Part shown: piece by piece, positions 11,346 through 25,666 of the stretch
Layout: each line of letters opens with the position of its first letter
How positions within the stretch are numbered: the first letter of the stretch is position 1
Assembly: GCA_012295275.1 (NCBI GenBank)
Contig: CM022679.1
Coordinates: forward strand, 29,636,001 to 29,700,000
DNA length: 64,000 nucleotides
DNA from: Chrysomallon squamiferum
Taxonomy: Eukaryota; Animalia; Mollusca
Reading direction: 5' to 3'
Notes under the pieces: model-generated
Told to the model about the DNA's origin: nothing
The model's database searches: none
Seen by the model: only the letters and a program-made list of their open reading frames with translations
Program-made: the position numbers and the translations under genes

Positions 11346-13255
11346 CCCTCAAGTAGGAAGGCGTTTATATGAGGCATTTGTTAAAAACAAAATTAAAAAA
11401 ATAATAAACATTTGTGTTAAAAGACAGTTAAAATTCTGTACAGATAGTTTTAAAATGTCTGTTTGTCTGTCTCTATGTATCTATGTATCAGTGTACACAC
11501 ACACACACACACACACACATGTATAGTTTGTGTTTGAATATATATTAAACTGTCTGTACAGAATTTTAAAAATTAAATAAATTATTTTCTCTTTATTTGC
11601 AGCAAGTATTAAAATGTGATGATAAAAAAGTAATCAAGTTATTACATCTTATTTATTTATTAAATTACATCTTAATTTTTTAATTTATTTATTAATATTG
11701 TTAAAAATAAAAACAAAACCATTTCTACAATTCTCTATTAGGCTGCCAAACTAAACTAATAAAATTCTTCTGTTAAAATATTTAGAAACGTTTTTTCTTT
11801 TCTTATATTTTGAAAATGAGATATTTTTAAGGAGAAACCATTATCAAAAGAGCCAGATCTCTATGTTATTAAATTACTTCTGCAAGAATATTTTGTAAAG
11901 AAAAAGAAAAAGAAAATCTTAAATAAAACACAGTAAATGTAATCAAAACCACTAAGTATTGTAATTAATTGATACTTTGTCCATTAGATAAAATTGTTGA
12001 TTTTTATTTGGATTTTTGCCCCCTAAGTTTCATTAAATTATAATTAAACTGATTGTTTTTTCAGCTTAATAAAACAGTTAAGTATTATATGATGATACTC
12101 GAGTAAATTATTGCCAAAATTGTTTTGGCTTTTTTTTTACGTTTAATTAAATTGTTTCATTAATAAGACCAAAATTGTTACATTAATTAAATGTGTATAT
12201 ATATGTGGAAAAAAATGTTTTATTTAATTTTAGCAGAATTGTGATTATTTTTTCATATTTGAGGGATTATGTTAAAGGAGATAAAGCTATTTTTATTTTG
12301 TTGACTGTTTTTGTTTGTTAACAAAATTTTCACGCGGTGCTTCGTGAATCATTTTACTAAAAATATGAATGCAACCAATACTGTCGATCACATCCATGTT
12401 GCCATGGTGACAGAAGTGCTAAGGGGTCATCTGTAAAGAATACAGAGGGGGTTGTATTCATGTCAGAAAATTATACTTGTAAATATGTCATTATGTTTAA
12501 CTAAAAATGTCAGTTGAAAAGATAATAGCTTGATTTATAGTTTGGGATATCAGTATGTAGTCATATTCTGTGATAGAGTTGTAAAGTTAAAATAACAAGA
12601 GTAATGTGCAGCATAGTGTTGGACAGAAAATCCTAGATTTTATTATTATTGTTATATGTTATGGATGGCCCCTTGTTCAGATCTGATGTTTCTTTGTTTT
12701 TTTAAATTTTGCTGTGTGTTATAAATAAGAACATGATGATGTATTGTGGATTTGGAAATAATCGTTTTATAAAATGAAAAACTGTAAAATTATGTTTCAC
12801 AGATCTCACTGGAAAACAAGAAAATTTGTGTCTGTCACACATTCCTTTTTGTGTGGTGTGGTGTAGAAATGAGTATTCTGTTTAGTTGGTATGTGGCATA
12901 TATGAAATCATTTAATTTTGATTTAAAATATATTTAAATAAAAAGTTTAAAAACACAACCAAAAAAAAAAAAAGAACAGTAAATAAATAATAAAATAAAT
13001 TCTTCATAAAAGTTTAAAAAAAGAAAATAAAATTATTCTGTAACATTTTTTTTTGCCTAACATTACAAATGACCAAGAAATATTTAATGAGCATATCAAA
13101 ATATAATATCACTTACACTTTATAAATAAATAAAGAAATAAAGAAAGAAAGAACCGGAGTTTAGCAACACATTCCTTGTTTGTATCAGGTGCTTTATCAA
13201 TAAATGTCATAATGGATAAACATTTAAACAAGGTCAAAACATTTGTTTTTGCAAG

Positions 13256-13265
13256 ATTATTATTG

Positions 13266-13314
<49 letters not shown>
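13256..13314. repeat. (TAT)n microsatellite
   Basis: Direct trinucleotide run; similar runs near 18320-18385, 23325-23360, 29400-29450, 32298-32346, 47146-47185, 58438-58493. Confidence 0.9.
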
Positions 13315-13315
<1 letters not shown>

Positions 13316-14856
13316 TATTTATTTTTTCTGTTGATTTTTTCTTATGCTGTTTCAAATAATTCTTAGTCATATTCTAAGTTCATTTTAATTTGGTCAAAGA
13401 ACCCTAACCCTTTTGGATTATTCAGATATATTCAAAACATCACATAAAACTAATTTCATTTATAAACCAGTTTTACATTGATTATATTAATAAGTAAATA
13501 AAACTAAATGTATGCGGAAAGGATAAAAATTAATCCTGTTTTTTAATTATTATTTTTTTTAAGTTAATGTGTTTAAAGGAGCAAATTGTATAAAATTTGT
13601 TTGGTACTACTTTTACAAAATGTTAGTGATGCTGTACATGCATGTATATGAGAATGTTGGCAAACTTTTGTTACAGAAAAACAGTATTCTACATATGATT
13701 CTTGAAATCATTAACTCAAACATAACCATTTTGTTATTAGAACCATCTATATTTTCATCCTAATTCAAATTACAGATGGTTTTAGCATTAACATCATGTT
13801 AAATAGGATTATGTGTAATGTCTAGCTGAATAGTAATTTCATTTGCTACAGTCTTTCATTTGACTGCATATAATCAGTCACAGAGTTGTTAGTGTATTGT
13901 TTAAGGTGTAAATAAATATGTAAATGTGTGAATTAAACATGGTGGGAAATTGTTTGCAGCATAAATGAAATACTGCAAAATGGGGAAAATAAACAAAAGA
14001 TGTAAACTTTGTATTGTTGTTTTTTCATGTTTGAAGGATGTAATTTTTTTTATCTTGGCTACAAGAATAATTTTGATTTTAAACACTTATGAAGAGTTCT
14101 GTGTTAAACATTTGTATTTAAATTGTATTATTTTGAAGTAACCAGGCAGTGGTTGAATCAATTAGCACTGAACTACATGTATCCTACCTTTTAACGTGTT
14201 TTGAAATAATGTGTGGAGTAATCAAGTGATGTACAAAATAGAGAACTGCTTGTGAGACCAGCTTCTTATCAGGCATTATCAATAATGATTATAATTGTAA
14301 AATAAACCATTATTTCTTAGTTTGTTTACAACAGGAAATTGGTCCAATACTGCATGCACTCTAAATCTATTTTGAAAGAATGAACTTCCACCCAAAACTT
14401 GTGCACACAATTTCAGGAAAGACAACTCTTATTAATTCTTGTGTTTTGTACATCAATTACAATAAAGGTCTGGATTTTTTCACCCTTGGTTTCACCATCT
14501 ATTAATCCATTAAATGTGTAGGGTCTTTCTTGATTATCAGCCCCTGATCCTTAAATTGGTGATGAAAGCTGCCAAAAACACAGTTAAATTTAATCACAAA
14601 TGAATTAAAAGTTGCAGTACATCCTCAAGTTTGAATAACACTGAGAAAGTTTGACAAGCTCTAACAAAAAATAAATTTAACAAAACCCATCTGCACATCA
14701 AATAATTTTATTCTGTCTAGCAGAATATCAAATGCACAAAAAATCCAGTTACTCGTTACATTATTATTATTGTTTTTTTTTTTCTTTTTCGTTCACTCAG
14801 CTAAATCATGTCCTTTACAATAAAACCTAGAAAGATGTATTTTTCTTTAAAGTTCT

Positions 14857-16647
14857 TCAGTTTAGATATTTCGGTGCATCTTTGTGGCCAATCTGCATGT
14901 TGGGTGTGTGAGGCCAGAAAGTGGGTTTGTTGGGATTGATGACTTTGTCAGGGAAGTAGTACGAATACATCTCATAGGTCATCTCTTCCACAGGGGGGAT
15001 GCTGTCTATTTTTGCCAGCTGAAAAATAAATATGAAAAAATTGTAGGAACGAATCCATGATAAGCATGCACAACAGTATGGAAATATTTAATGGTTACTG
15101 CACTGGTTATAATTATCAAATTATGCACATGTATTTCCCCGTCTGAAAGTAGTTTCAACAAACTAATGAAAAAAAGTGTAACAAATAAAAGTTTTGAGTC
15201 TAAATTTTTTAACGTGACTGTATTCAAAAACTCACCAAAGCCTGGGCATCTTTAATCTTCTGATTTAGGCCAGCAACAACCTCCTTTGTGTGTACCTCCT
15301 AAAACAGTAATAAAACTTATCCTTTCAATAATTTTTTATTTTAATCTTTAAAGTCAACTACTCAGTCAGTACTGTACAGATCACAATTTTGGTTCTAGAT
15401 AACAAACTTTATTTTAAGATTTGAAAACCACAAATAATTTCATCTGCCTTATTTAGATGTTAGTTGTTTTTGTGTTAATTTACATACTTATTAATTTATT
15501 ATTACTTATGTTTTTCTAATTTACTAACATGAAAAACATTGCTTTAAAAAATGTTAATGAAGTTGATAAAAAAATATTAAACTTTTACTGACTAATTAGA
15601 TGTATGTGAATTTTATCTGCATGTTGAGATAAACACTTTAGTAACTTGTACAAATTTTATTTTTAACATTTTTAACTCACAGCTTCTTTCTCTTCCTGTT
15701 CAATCTGTTTCACCAAGTTATCAGGATCTTTTGGGTATGGCACTTGAACACTTTGATACTGAAACAAAAAATTCAGTTTACCTTTGATTAACATTCCTGT
15801 AGAGACATTGTATAGTTTTTCTATCACAGAAACTTTGGGTTTTTTTTTCCATGTGAACATCAGTTATGTTATTAGAATATCTGGAAATCATCTTTTTTCT
15901 TTAAAATATATTTAAACAGAATGTTTATATTGCTGTAATATTATTTTAGTATGTATACAATGTCCATGTGAATCATTTAAGAGAAAATATGGTTTTAGAA
16001 AGGTGGCATATATGCAAGCAAAATAAAAAAAATTGTTAAGTAACATGTAAACAAAACATACAAAATATTACAGACTCACAGCTTGTTCAAATTTCTGTGC
16101 AACTGCAGGATTGGCCAGTCGACTCTTGTAGAAACTGAAATCTAATTTGGGCATAGTTTCTGGATATTGGTGCACGCTGAAAATAATTTAAAAATCAATT
16201 TTTTTTCTTATTTCTGGCTTTTATAGTTGTTATAATAAACAAATAACGAATTACACAATTTCTGAACTTGCATTTCACGCCAATAAACACAATGAAATTA
16301 TTAAATAATTGCTAGGCAGATGTACATATTGTAAGCTGTATTTAAATAATAATTTTACAAAACTGAAGAACCAAATAAATTAGAATTGATCATTAGCTAA
16401 CGAAATGTTATAAATCTTAGTTCACGTATTTCGAATAATGATTTATGATTATAATCATGATAATATTTAACCTTAAAGGCACGCTTTTACCAAAACTAAG
16501 TATTACAAAAAAATTGACAGCTAACCTATTTAAAAATCCATCACATTTCGTTTTAAATGCCTTAAAATATTCTTTCTGATTCGCCGGGACCCGTTCGGCA
16601 AATGCTGCCCAATCTACTGCACTCTTTGCTATTCTGCGTGCAGCCAT
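14857..16647 (-). CDS. ATP5PD: Mitochondrial ATP synthase peripheral stalk subunit d, 173 aa
   Basis: Five exons with consistent phases: 16647-16526, 16176-16080, 15758-15681, 15298-15236, 15018-14857 (TGA). MAARRIAKSAVDWAAFAERVP...PKLDFSFYKSRL...VPYPKD...IPPVEEMTYE...KPTFWPH is characteristic of subunit d. AATAAA on the minus strand at 14707-14712. Confidence 0.97.
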
Positions 16648-16895
16648 TTTCTCAAAGTGACCTTAGTCCGGATCTTCTCGAGAACTCTCGTCGACCGGTT
16701 GTCAGTAGTTTATTTGATTTTCCATACAAGCGTAACTGCATGCGAAACCAGTTGGTTTTGTTCAGGAATGGCGTCAAAATGTATAGAAATGTAGCAGGAA
16801 TATGCTTGGGTTTCTTCTTGAACAAAAACCATTTAGGACTTTTGCACAATTTAGAAAATTAGATCATATGTTTACTTAATAATTTCACATCCACC
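16648..16895. promoter_or_regulatory. Bidirectional promoter/5' UTR region shared by ATP5PD and the KCTD gene
   Basis: 248 bp between divergent ATGs; locally CpG-richer than the flanks; NRF1-like ctgcatgcg (~16736) and YY1-like aatggcg (~16767). Motif function is inferred. Confidence 0.75.
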
Positions 16896-19800
16896 ATGGA
16901 TAAAAATACTGCTACCACAGATTTAATATCGGGAACGAACAAAAGTCCAAAACCCAAAGGCAAAGAATCGAAAGATGATCGTGCTGCAACTAAAAGCGAA
17001 GAAAACAAAACAAGAAAAAACGAATGGGTAAAGCTGAATGTTGGTGGGACAATATATATGACGACAAGGACAACTCTTGGCAGAGACCACAAGTCATTTC
17101 TTTACAGACTGGTTCAAGATGACCCAGAACTTGGTTTGAATACGGATAAGGTTTGCACTTCAATATATCTAATAATATATTTATTATATCTATATTTTTT
17201 TGTAGTTTGACGTTTATTATTTCTTTATGCAAACATTCAAAAGAAAACTTTATAACATTTTGTTTGCCTTCCACGGAATGGCACCATAACTCATTATTAT
17301 TAAGATAAGCAACAAAACAAAACAAGATGAAAATGAATACATATAACAGAATTTGGAAGTATGAAGAATTATACAGTTAAACTATTTAAAGAATATTTTA
17401 TTATCACAAAAAGTCCACAGTTAAAGATATTATTTAAATATAAATTATTCAAAAATAAGTTTATGCTTGTGATTTTGTAATTGTTATTTCATTGGTATAC
17501 TTTGTTGAGTGGTAATAGGCAGATTTGCCCAAAACAGTGTGGCTGAGTGCCATTTGATCTTGCCATGGATGAAATTGCTGTAAATTCAATTTTTATGTCC
17601 CATACATTTTATCTGCAATAAGATTCTATTTAAAAGTATTATTCAATAATAAATTTAATGTTTAAACTTATTATCATTGTTTTTACAAATGAAAGTCAAA
17701 TGATTTAAACAATTTTTATTTTTTATTTTTATCGTTTAGTCACTGAACACCAGCTGTCTCACTATCATTACTAGTGAGCTGTGTTTTGCTCTAACTTTCA
17801 ACATCAAACATCTGTTTTCTTTATCACCACTCATTAACTGTTTATAAAAAATCAATTAATCTACTTGATAGTGGTGGCTTTCAAAACAACGATGATAATG
17901 TAAAGTCAGGAATTTTAATTTTTTAACTGTTAAATTTAATTTTATTATTACAATACAAACAACATGAATGATGAAAAGTTTAATTATATTGTTCTTTTAA
18001 ATATCATCTAGTTACAAATAAAAGGTATGGTGATGTCATGAGCATGAAAATTTAATTTATGCTGATGCTAGACAGTACTGACATACTCTGTCCAAAACAA
18101 AGTTAAAAACAGGAAAGGATAACAATAATCAAATTATTACACCATTTATTTATATTATATATATATAGAGTTATTAAGCAGAAATATTTTTGATCATTAC
18201 TTAAAATATCATTAAAAAAGGTTTTACTGTATCATCATCAATTAATGAATTTTTAACAGCCAGAAGTAAATTAAAAAATTGCCTGACTTATTTTCTAAAG
18301 AGACTTTGGAAGAAATTATTAATTATTAATTATTATTAATTATTGTTACTATTACTATTAATTATTATTATTATTATTATTATTATTTAAATAAACAACA
18401 GACATAAAATGGAAAACAACAAAAGAAAAAAAACACTACAACCAAAGCATAACCAAACACCAAGTTACCAAACAATAAAAAGATTCTGTTTGGTATCAGT
18501 TAAGACAATCTCAGTCCATTTTTTCAGCAAAGCAAAACAAACAATATGCACATTTAAAAAAAAAAAAAAAACTTGATGTACATTTACAGTTAATAAACAT
18601 GATCTGAAATGATTGCTGACATTGACTGTAGCTGTTAGATAACTTGAAAACAAATTGGCAGTGAGGAGAAACAGTGTATTCGTTCACTGTGTCACACTTG
18701 ATTAACAGAAGAAAAAAACAACAACAGGATTTACAAAAATAATTATTTGTGGATATAGAATTAAAAGTATTGTAATATAATTTTATTTTCTACCAGGATG
18801 ATGATGGTGCCTATTTAATAGACCGAGATCCGACGTACTTTGGACCTGTTTTGAATTATTTGCGTCACGGAAAACTAGTCATGAATAAAGACTTATCAGA
18901 AGAAGGTACATTCTTTAAATTATTTGTTTAAATCTGTCTTAATTTATATGGAAAGGGATGTATATATAAATAGCTAAAAAAAACCTGATAAAGAAACAAA
19001 TACATAAAATTGTAGACATAAAATTATAACTACAGATATATAAAGATTTAGATAGAGATATTTTAGTGGGAGTTTTTAGCTTACAAAATATTAATGTAAC
19101 ACTAAGATAATTAACAGATGTAATGCAGAATTCATAAACATGATTCAGATATCATTTATTAATTTAACTCGGAAGTAGTTCGTATGTCTTTTACTTACTA
19201 GATCTTTACTTGGAAGTAGAACCGGTCATTATGTAATTTGAAATTTAGATTGAGTTCCTGAGAAAATGAGTGGAATATATATTTTATTTATTTGTTTTCT
19301 ATAGCAGTGTGATCAGTGAACAAAAAAAATAAAAAAAATTATGTCTCTGTTTTCCAGGAATTCTGGAAGAAGCTGAATTTTACAACATTATGGATCTGAT
19401 TAAGCTTGTTAAGGACAAAATAAAAGAACGAGATGCCAAACAAAACCAGGTGTTTATTTATTGTTTTCTTTTGTCTATTAACAGGTGAATAAGCAAGCAA
19501 AAGTACTAAGCATGTTTAAGTTTAGGATTATTAAAATAATCTTTAGTACAAAATGGGGTTATCTGTCAAATTGATTGTCTTTTGTTTGATAACAACATAA
19601 ACGTTGCATATAATGAAATGACTTGGAGAATTAGTGTCACCAGAAATGTTCTTGTTAATAATTGCCCCCAAAAACCCACATAATAATTAAAAATTTGAAT
19701 AACAAAATGTTTGTAGTGCCAGGCAAAGCAAGAACCTATAGGGATTGTAGTATTACAAGCTGTTCCTGTTTAAAATGTTCATTTTCAGTTATTATATATA

Positions 19801-21869
19801 TTTCATATTTACGTAATTACCTTTTTTCCCCTTCAGCAATGAACTTGCATATAATGTTTATTTGGTATTCAGCTTTATTTTTTCCATTTGTTCTGTGAAA
19901 ATTGATAATTATTTAAACACACCTTTGTTATTGAAATATGTTGCATTTATTTTACATGCAATGATCTGGTTCTATAATAAAAATATGCTAGGAGCTGTAT
20001 TGAAATTTTTATTATTGTTTATTTATTTATTATTTAGTGTGTGTGTGTGTGTGTTTTTTGAAAATAACTTCTAATGCCATTGGTGAAAACATTTTATTAT
20101 TATATATTTTTTTTAAAGCACTATTATTATTAAGATTTTTTCTTGCATTGCCTATATTATTTATTTGTTTTGTTTTTGTGCTGTTTTACTGTTGATAATG
20201 ATTGAGTTTTGTTACTTGTTTTTAGACCTACATGAAGAACGTGTACAGAGTTTTACAGTGTTCTGAAGAAGAACTGACACAGATGGTTTCAACAATGTCT
20301 GATGGGTGGAAATTCGAACAGGTTAAATTTAATTATGAAATTTATCTATTTAAATATCATGGAACCAGTTATTACTTTTAATCATTATTATTAGTGATAT
20401 ATTGTCCTTATGAACACTTAACCCAATTATAGTTACTGTTATTATTATTATTATTATAATTTTCTTTTTTGTTTGTTCTTACATCATTATTATTATTGTT
20501 TATTTTTATTTTTGGCAAATGAAGAAATTCTGAGATCTTTTAAAAAAATGAAACAGTACCATATTTGTTTTTGATAATTTATTATTATAAATACTGTGTA
20601 ATATTTATTTACTTGGGGTACAATGTTGTGTGTATTCAGTTGTTATTTACTCATCTATATATTCCAGCTGTTATGCATTGATAAATGACTATATATTTTT
20701 CAGTAGAGATACATTATTCCACATTATCATTTGATATACATTTTTCAGTATTTATATATTATTACAGTTTTCTGTTTGTATATTTTAAAAAAGAATTATA
20801 TATGCATTTTTTCATTTGATATAAACAGCATTATATTTTTCAGTATTTATACATTGTTACAAATTTTTCATTATTTATACAGTGTTACATATTTTTTCAG
20901 TATTTGTACATTTTATTTATTCACTTTTGAAGCTGGTGAACATTGGCTCTCAGTACAACTATGGGTCCGAGGATCATGCAGAGTTTCTGTGTGTTGTCTC
21001 AAAGGAGTGTCCCAGCATTCTCAACGGCAACGAGTGTGAACCGTCAGACAGAGCCAAGGTGTGTAACTTTTCTCATACATTTTCCTCTAAAGCATGTCTC
21101 AGATGCTTTCATATCTGAATCCTTTAAATGACGTTACGATAAAAGTGTCATGAAAACAAAAACTCTTAGCCTTTCGTGAATCTTCAAGATTTTGTTTTGT
21201 TGTTGTATGGTGGTGTTACCATCTAGCGATGTTGTCTGGGAACAAACTGAACAGTAAGATGGAAGCATAGAAAATATGTTAAAATTGTCTGATGTAGATT
21301 ATAGGTACAAATGTAGTTTGTCTCACAGATGTCACTGAACAGAAACAAAATAATTATTTCAACACAGAGTCAATGCTTTAAATAGTTTAATTTATAAGAA
21401 ATATTTAAAACAAATGTAAACCTAAATGTGTTAGATCAGTTTGTCTGATGAAATTAACAAGAAACAAAATGTCATTTCAACATGAACAGAATGTGTTGAT
21501 GTTGTTCAGATATCTACATTGTTCAATAATTATTTTATTGTGTTTTTATCACTAAACCAAGTACAGGTTACAGTAGTGTTTGTTTATATGTATTAAAAAT
21601 GAATTATTTTTATTTCTGTCATTGTTTTAGTATTTTCATCACTAAAGGAGTACTTTTCAGACTAAGTATTGTGTCTGATGTCTGTTCATGAGTTTGAAAA
21701 CTATTCATTCTTTTTTATTTCTGTCATTGTTTTAGTATTTTCATCACTTAAGGAGGTACTTTCAGACTAAGTATTGTGTGTGATGTCTGTTCATGAGTTT
21801 GAAAAGTATTCATTCTTTTTTATTTCTGTCATTGTTTAGGTACTACAACAAAAGGGATCAAGAATGTAA
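16896..21869 (+). CDS. KCTD5: BTB/POZ domain protein of the KCTD2/KCTD5/KCTD17 family (Drosophila insomniac-like), 235 aa
   Basis: Exons 16896-17150, 18797-18905, 19358-19449, 20226-20321, 20933-21058, 21840-21869 (TAA). Motifs [80 protein letters not shown]-terminal [10 protein letters not shown]. Likely co-orthologous to vertebrate KCTD2/5/17. Confidence 0.95.
20625..20932 (+). repeat. Degenerate ~30-40-bp repeats rich in ttttcag upstream of a KCTD acceptor
   Basis: Recurrent at(t)ttttcagtattt(a/g)tacatt variants at ~20695, 20740, 20835, 20892; the real acceptor is ttttgaag|ctg at 20932/20933. Confidence 0.6.
21605..21842 (+). repeat. ~105-bp tandem duplication copying the acceptor of the last KCTD exon
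   Basis: ttttatttctgtcattgttt(t)ag ends at 21630, 21735 and 21839 (real acceptor); the intervening units are nearly identical. Confidence 0.92.
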
Positions 21870-23321
21870 ATCTTTCCAGCAGCTTCTGTTTGTGTCTCAA
21901 CAATGCAACAAATAAAATAAATATATAAAATATATATATATATATATATTCCTGCTTCTTCACCCGGGAGCAGTGTGGATAATGTGTTGGAGCTTCAATG
22001 TGGTGTGTTTTTTTGTGCAGAAAGAACAAGATTCCTGTACATACGTAAAACAACTCCTTTGTTTACTGCAGGGTGAGCAACTAACCAGTCAAGCTTATGT
22101 CAAAAAATGTTAAATATATCTATATACATGACTGTCTTTCTGTTGTGGACGAAAGTGATGTTTTATCATATTATTATTATTTTTAAAAACAAAAGAAATT
22201 CTTTCATTTGATGAAGAGTGTTTGAGTTATTAGTAAGAGTGTGTGTGAGTGAGTGTACGTTTTGTGTGTTTTCCTCTGTGTGTGTGTGTATGTCTTTTTG
22301 TGCATTTGTTTTTCACAAGTCTGTACCATTCACGAGTAAGTTTCAGTACAAAACTGATGCAATATATCTTGTCTGGATCTCAACTGAATGAGAGAGGGAG
22401 CAGAAATGTTTCTACATTTGCTTTTGTACACTTGAGTGTTTTTGTACGTAGCTGTCAGCTTGATGAATATCTGCTGAGGTAAACTGTGTTGTTGGGAGGG
22501 TTGAGTTTTGTCCTTTGTGTTTTATTTATAATTATTAATCAGTTTGAAGTGAGTGACAAAATTATTGTTGCCTTTTTTTTAGAGCTGTCAAAGAAACACA
22601 TTTTTTTAAAAAAAAATTCCTAAATTAATTGTTAGAAGGAAAATTCCGTATTTTGTAATGTAAAGAATAACTATATAAATATATATATGCTAAATTGCAC
22701 CTTAGGAAAACAGTAGATAGAAATTAAGTAAAATGTCATTTTATTTTATTTTTTGCTTTATAGAAATAGATTTTTGAACTGAGAATGTCAAAATGTTAGT
22801 GCTGCAGCAACCACTATATTAGAAATTGAAAAATAATAATACAAATAATAAATAAAAAACTTGTAGAATAAACTATGTCAGAGTCAAATTTAAATAATGT
22901 ATTAACTGAAAACAAGAAACAGAGATAATTCGTAGATACAATAATGTCAAAGAAAATTTTTTAAAATTAAGTTTACTATAAATATTAAACAAAGTGTGTA
23001 AGAACTACTACTAATACAGACACTAACAGTAAATGTTATAAAATATTAATTTGTTTTTTCAAAAAAATGAATATTAAAACTATTTTTTATTATTTAACCT
23101 TTTTTCCCCCCTTTTTTTAAAGGTTGAAAGTGGTAATTGTATGGTTTTCGTTATCATAATTTTCACTGAGCATCTCTCTGTTGCTGTATGGTTTTGTTCA
23201 GCATTCACTTGTCAGGGTCAAACAAACATTGTGACAGTCTTTTCACTGAAAAAAATTAAAATATTTTAAGATCCTTAATACTTTATAAAAAAATAAACTA
23301 TATTGGTTTTGGAATTAATGG

Positions 23322-23358
<37 letters not shown>

Positions 23359-24143
23359 TATTTTATTATTTTTTTTTTTTTTTACATTTTATCTGCTGTT
23401 ATTATGTTTGTATTTTTTTTTTTATTATTATTATTATTTTTTTTTTTAGTGATAATTTTAACAAAAAAAGATTCTCATTAGTTTATTTTTTTACTAATAA
23501 GCTAATTTACTAACCCTAAAGTCAGCAATTCAATGAGCTCGGTGAATGAAACAAACTAGATAAGAAAAGGACAAAAATAGGAAATCATTTTACAAAATCA
23601 AAATATTTAGTGAAGTAAAAAGGAGAAGAAGAAAAATGTTAGCAAACCAAATTACATTTAAAGAAAGTAAAATATTTTTGTTTTGTTTTGTTATTATAGT
23701 AGTATTATTGGCTGGGAGAAAAAACATCTGTAAAACAAAAAAGTGCAATAAATTAGTCATAATTGATACCCACAGAGAAAATGTTTTAAGAGCCAATATT
23801 TTTTATTTAATTGGCTTTTTATTTACTGTTTTGTATTTATATATATGCTAGAAAAAAACTAAATATTTATGTCACTGAGAAAAATAAAATATGTGTTAGT
23901 GAAATAAAAACAAAGAGTTTACATTATCAGAGTATAATGCTTCTGCAATTTGAATTGAGATATTGTTATGATCACAATATATGTCATCATTAGATTATAT
24001 TGATTGTATGAATGGTTTACTAATTGCTATTAATCTGTAGGTAAAATTGAATATTTATACACAGACTTGCTTAAAAGTATTAATATTTAGTTAATATGAC
24101 ATTTTAGAAATTAACAAGTTAACACAAACTACAGGATTATTTA

Positions 24144-24174
<31 letters not shown>

Positions 24175-25620
24175 CAAAAAAGTACTTGTACATGTTGTTA
24201 TAAATTTTAGCAAAATGTACAAAGAATTTTCATTATCAAATAAAAAAATATTTAATTAATAATTCATGATGTTTTTTTTTTTTTCAGTCATGCTATTATC
24301 CAGATTTGAAAAGACAACTATTCAAATTTTTCAGATTTTGTTTTTTTATTCTGGCTATAACTATGTTTATTACAATGTTTGTGAAAACTAAGATTTTGTT
24401 AAAAAAATTCAGTATATGTGCTTAGATAATTGTTTTAATTTTTTTTATAATCATTACATTACATAAATAAGCTAGAACTAAATTTTCAGTTTGTACATTT
24501 TTTAAGAAAATGTGTGCAGTGAAAAAAAAGAAAAGAAATATGTTGACATCGATTCTAGTGCTTTAATAATGTTTATTTTTCATTTTATTTATTTTAAAAA
24601 TTACCTTGTGTTTTTCTTTACTTACTAACAATAATTTTTTACATGCATCACAAAAACAAATATCCTTTAAAATATATATTTAAATTTTTCTTCTTGACTA
24701 AATAATTAAACCATTTTATTTCTGATTAAAAAAAAATAGGGAAAAAGATTTTTGAAATTAAAATGAAAGTTTAAAATTTGAATCTCTGTGTTAAAATAGT
24801 GAATTGTGTGACACCAGAACATTTTTTAATTAAATTTGTTAATCCGTCCTGTATTTTTTTTATCAGCAGAAAAAGAGATTTAAAAAAATAAGTAATCCTG
24901 TAGAAGTATTGATTTTTATTATTATTATTTCTTTATAGATAGATACATACATTAAATTTTTCATTTTATTTTTGTGATCATTATATTGATTGAATTAACC
25001 TTACAGAGAAAGAATGCCATAGTTCAGTTTAGTCTTTTTTACTTTTTTATTTTTTTTTTATTACTTTTTTATTTATTCATTTATGATTATTTTTTATATT
25101 ATTATTATTTATTTATGATAAGTATTTATTTAAAGTGTTCAGTAGGTTGCATACATACATATATAGATTTATATATGATTTATGGGTTTTTTTTCAGTTT
25201 TCTTTTTAAATTCATTATCATGCAAAGGAAAACACTTTTGTGTGTTAACAGTTCAGTCAGTTCATTTTACGGAAATAAACTGATTTTTAAATCAAAAGAA
25301 AAAAGAAACTTTTTGTACATCAGTTGTATCTTGTGAGAAATTATATCTGCAACTGAAATATAATTTCTCAAATTATAAAAAAATTTCGAGTGAAAAACCT
25401 GTATTTGCCACCAGGTATAAAATTTCATAAACCACATAATAACCCATTCCTGGGTTTAAATCTAACATTTAAAACCATTCCACATTAATTACTAACTAAT
25501 TACATTCATTTCATCGACTGAAAGTTTTCAGCAAATTTCTTTTATGTAATGGACAATAAAATTAAATTATATATATTTGCAAATCAACAAAATGTCTTGC
25601 ATGTTTGTCTTTGTATATAC

Positions 25621-25666
<46 letters not shown>

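Noticed and set aside
12398-12411. RFX X-box-like palindrome gttgccatggtgac (similar at ~29205)
   Set aside because: Isolated motifs in presumed 3' UTR regions with no supporting promoter context.
16602-17325. Overlapping short ORFs around the bidirectional promoter
   Set aside because: Antisense or alternative frames of the ATP5PD and KCTD first exons, with no recognisable features.
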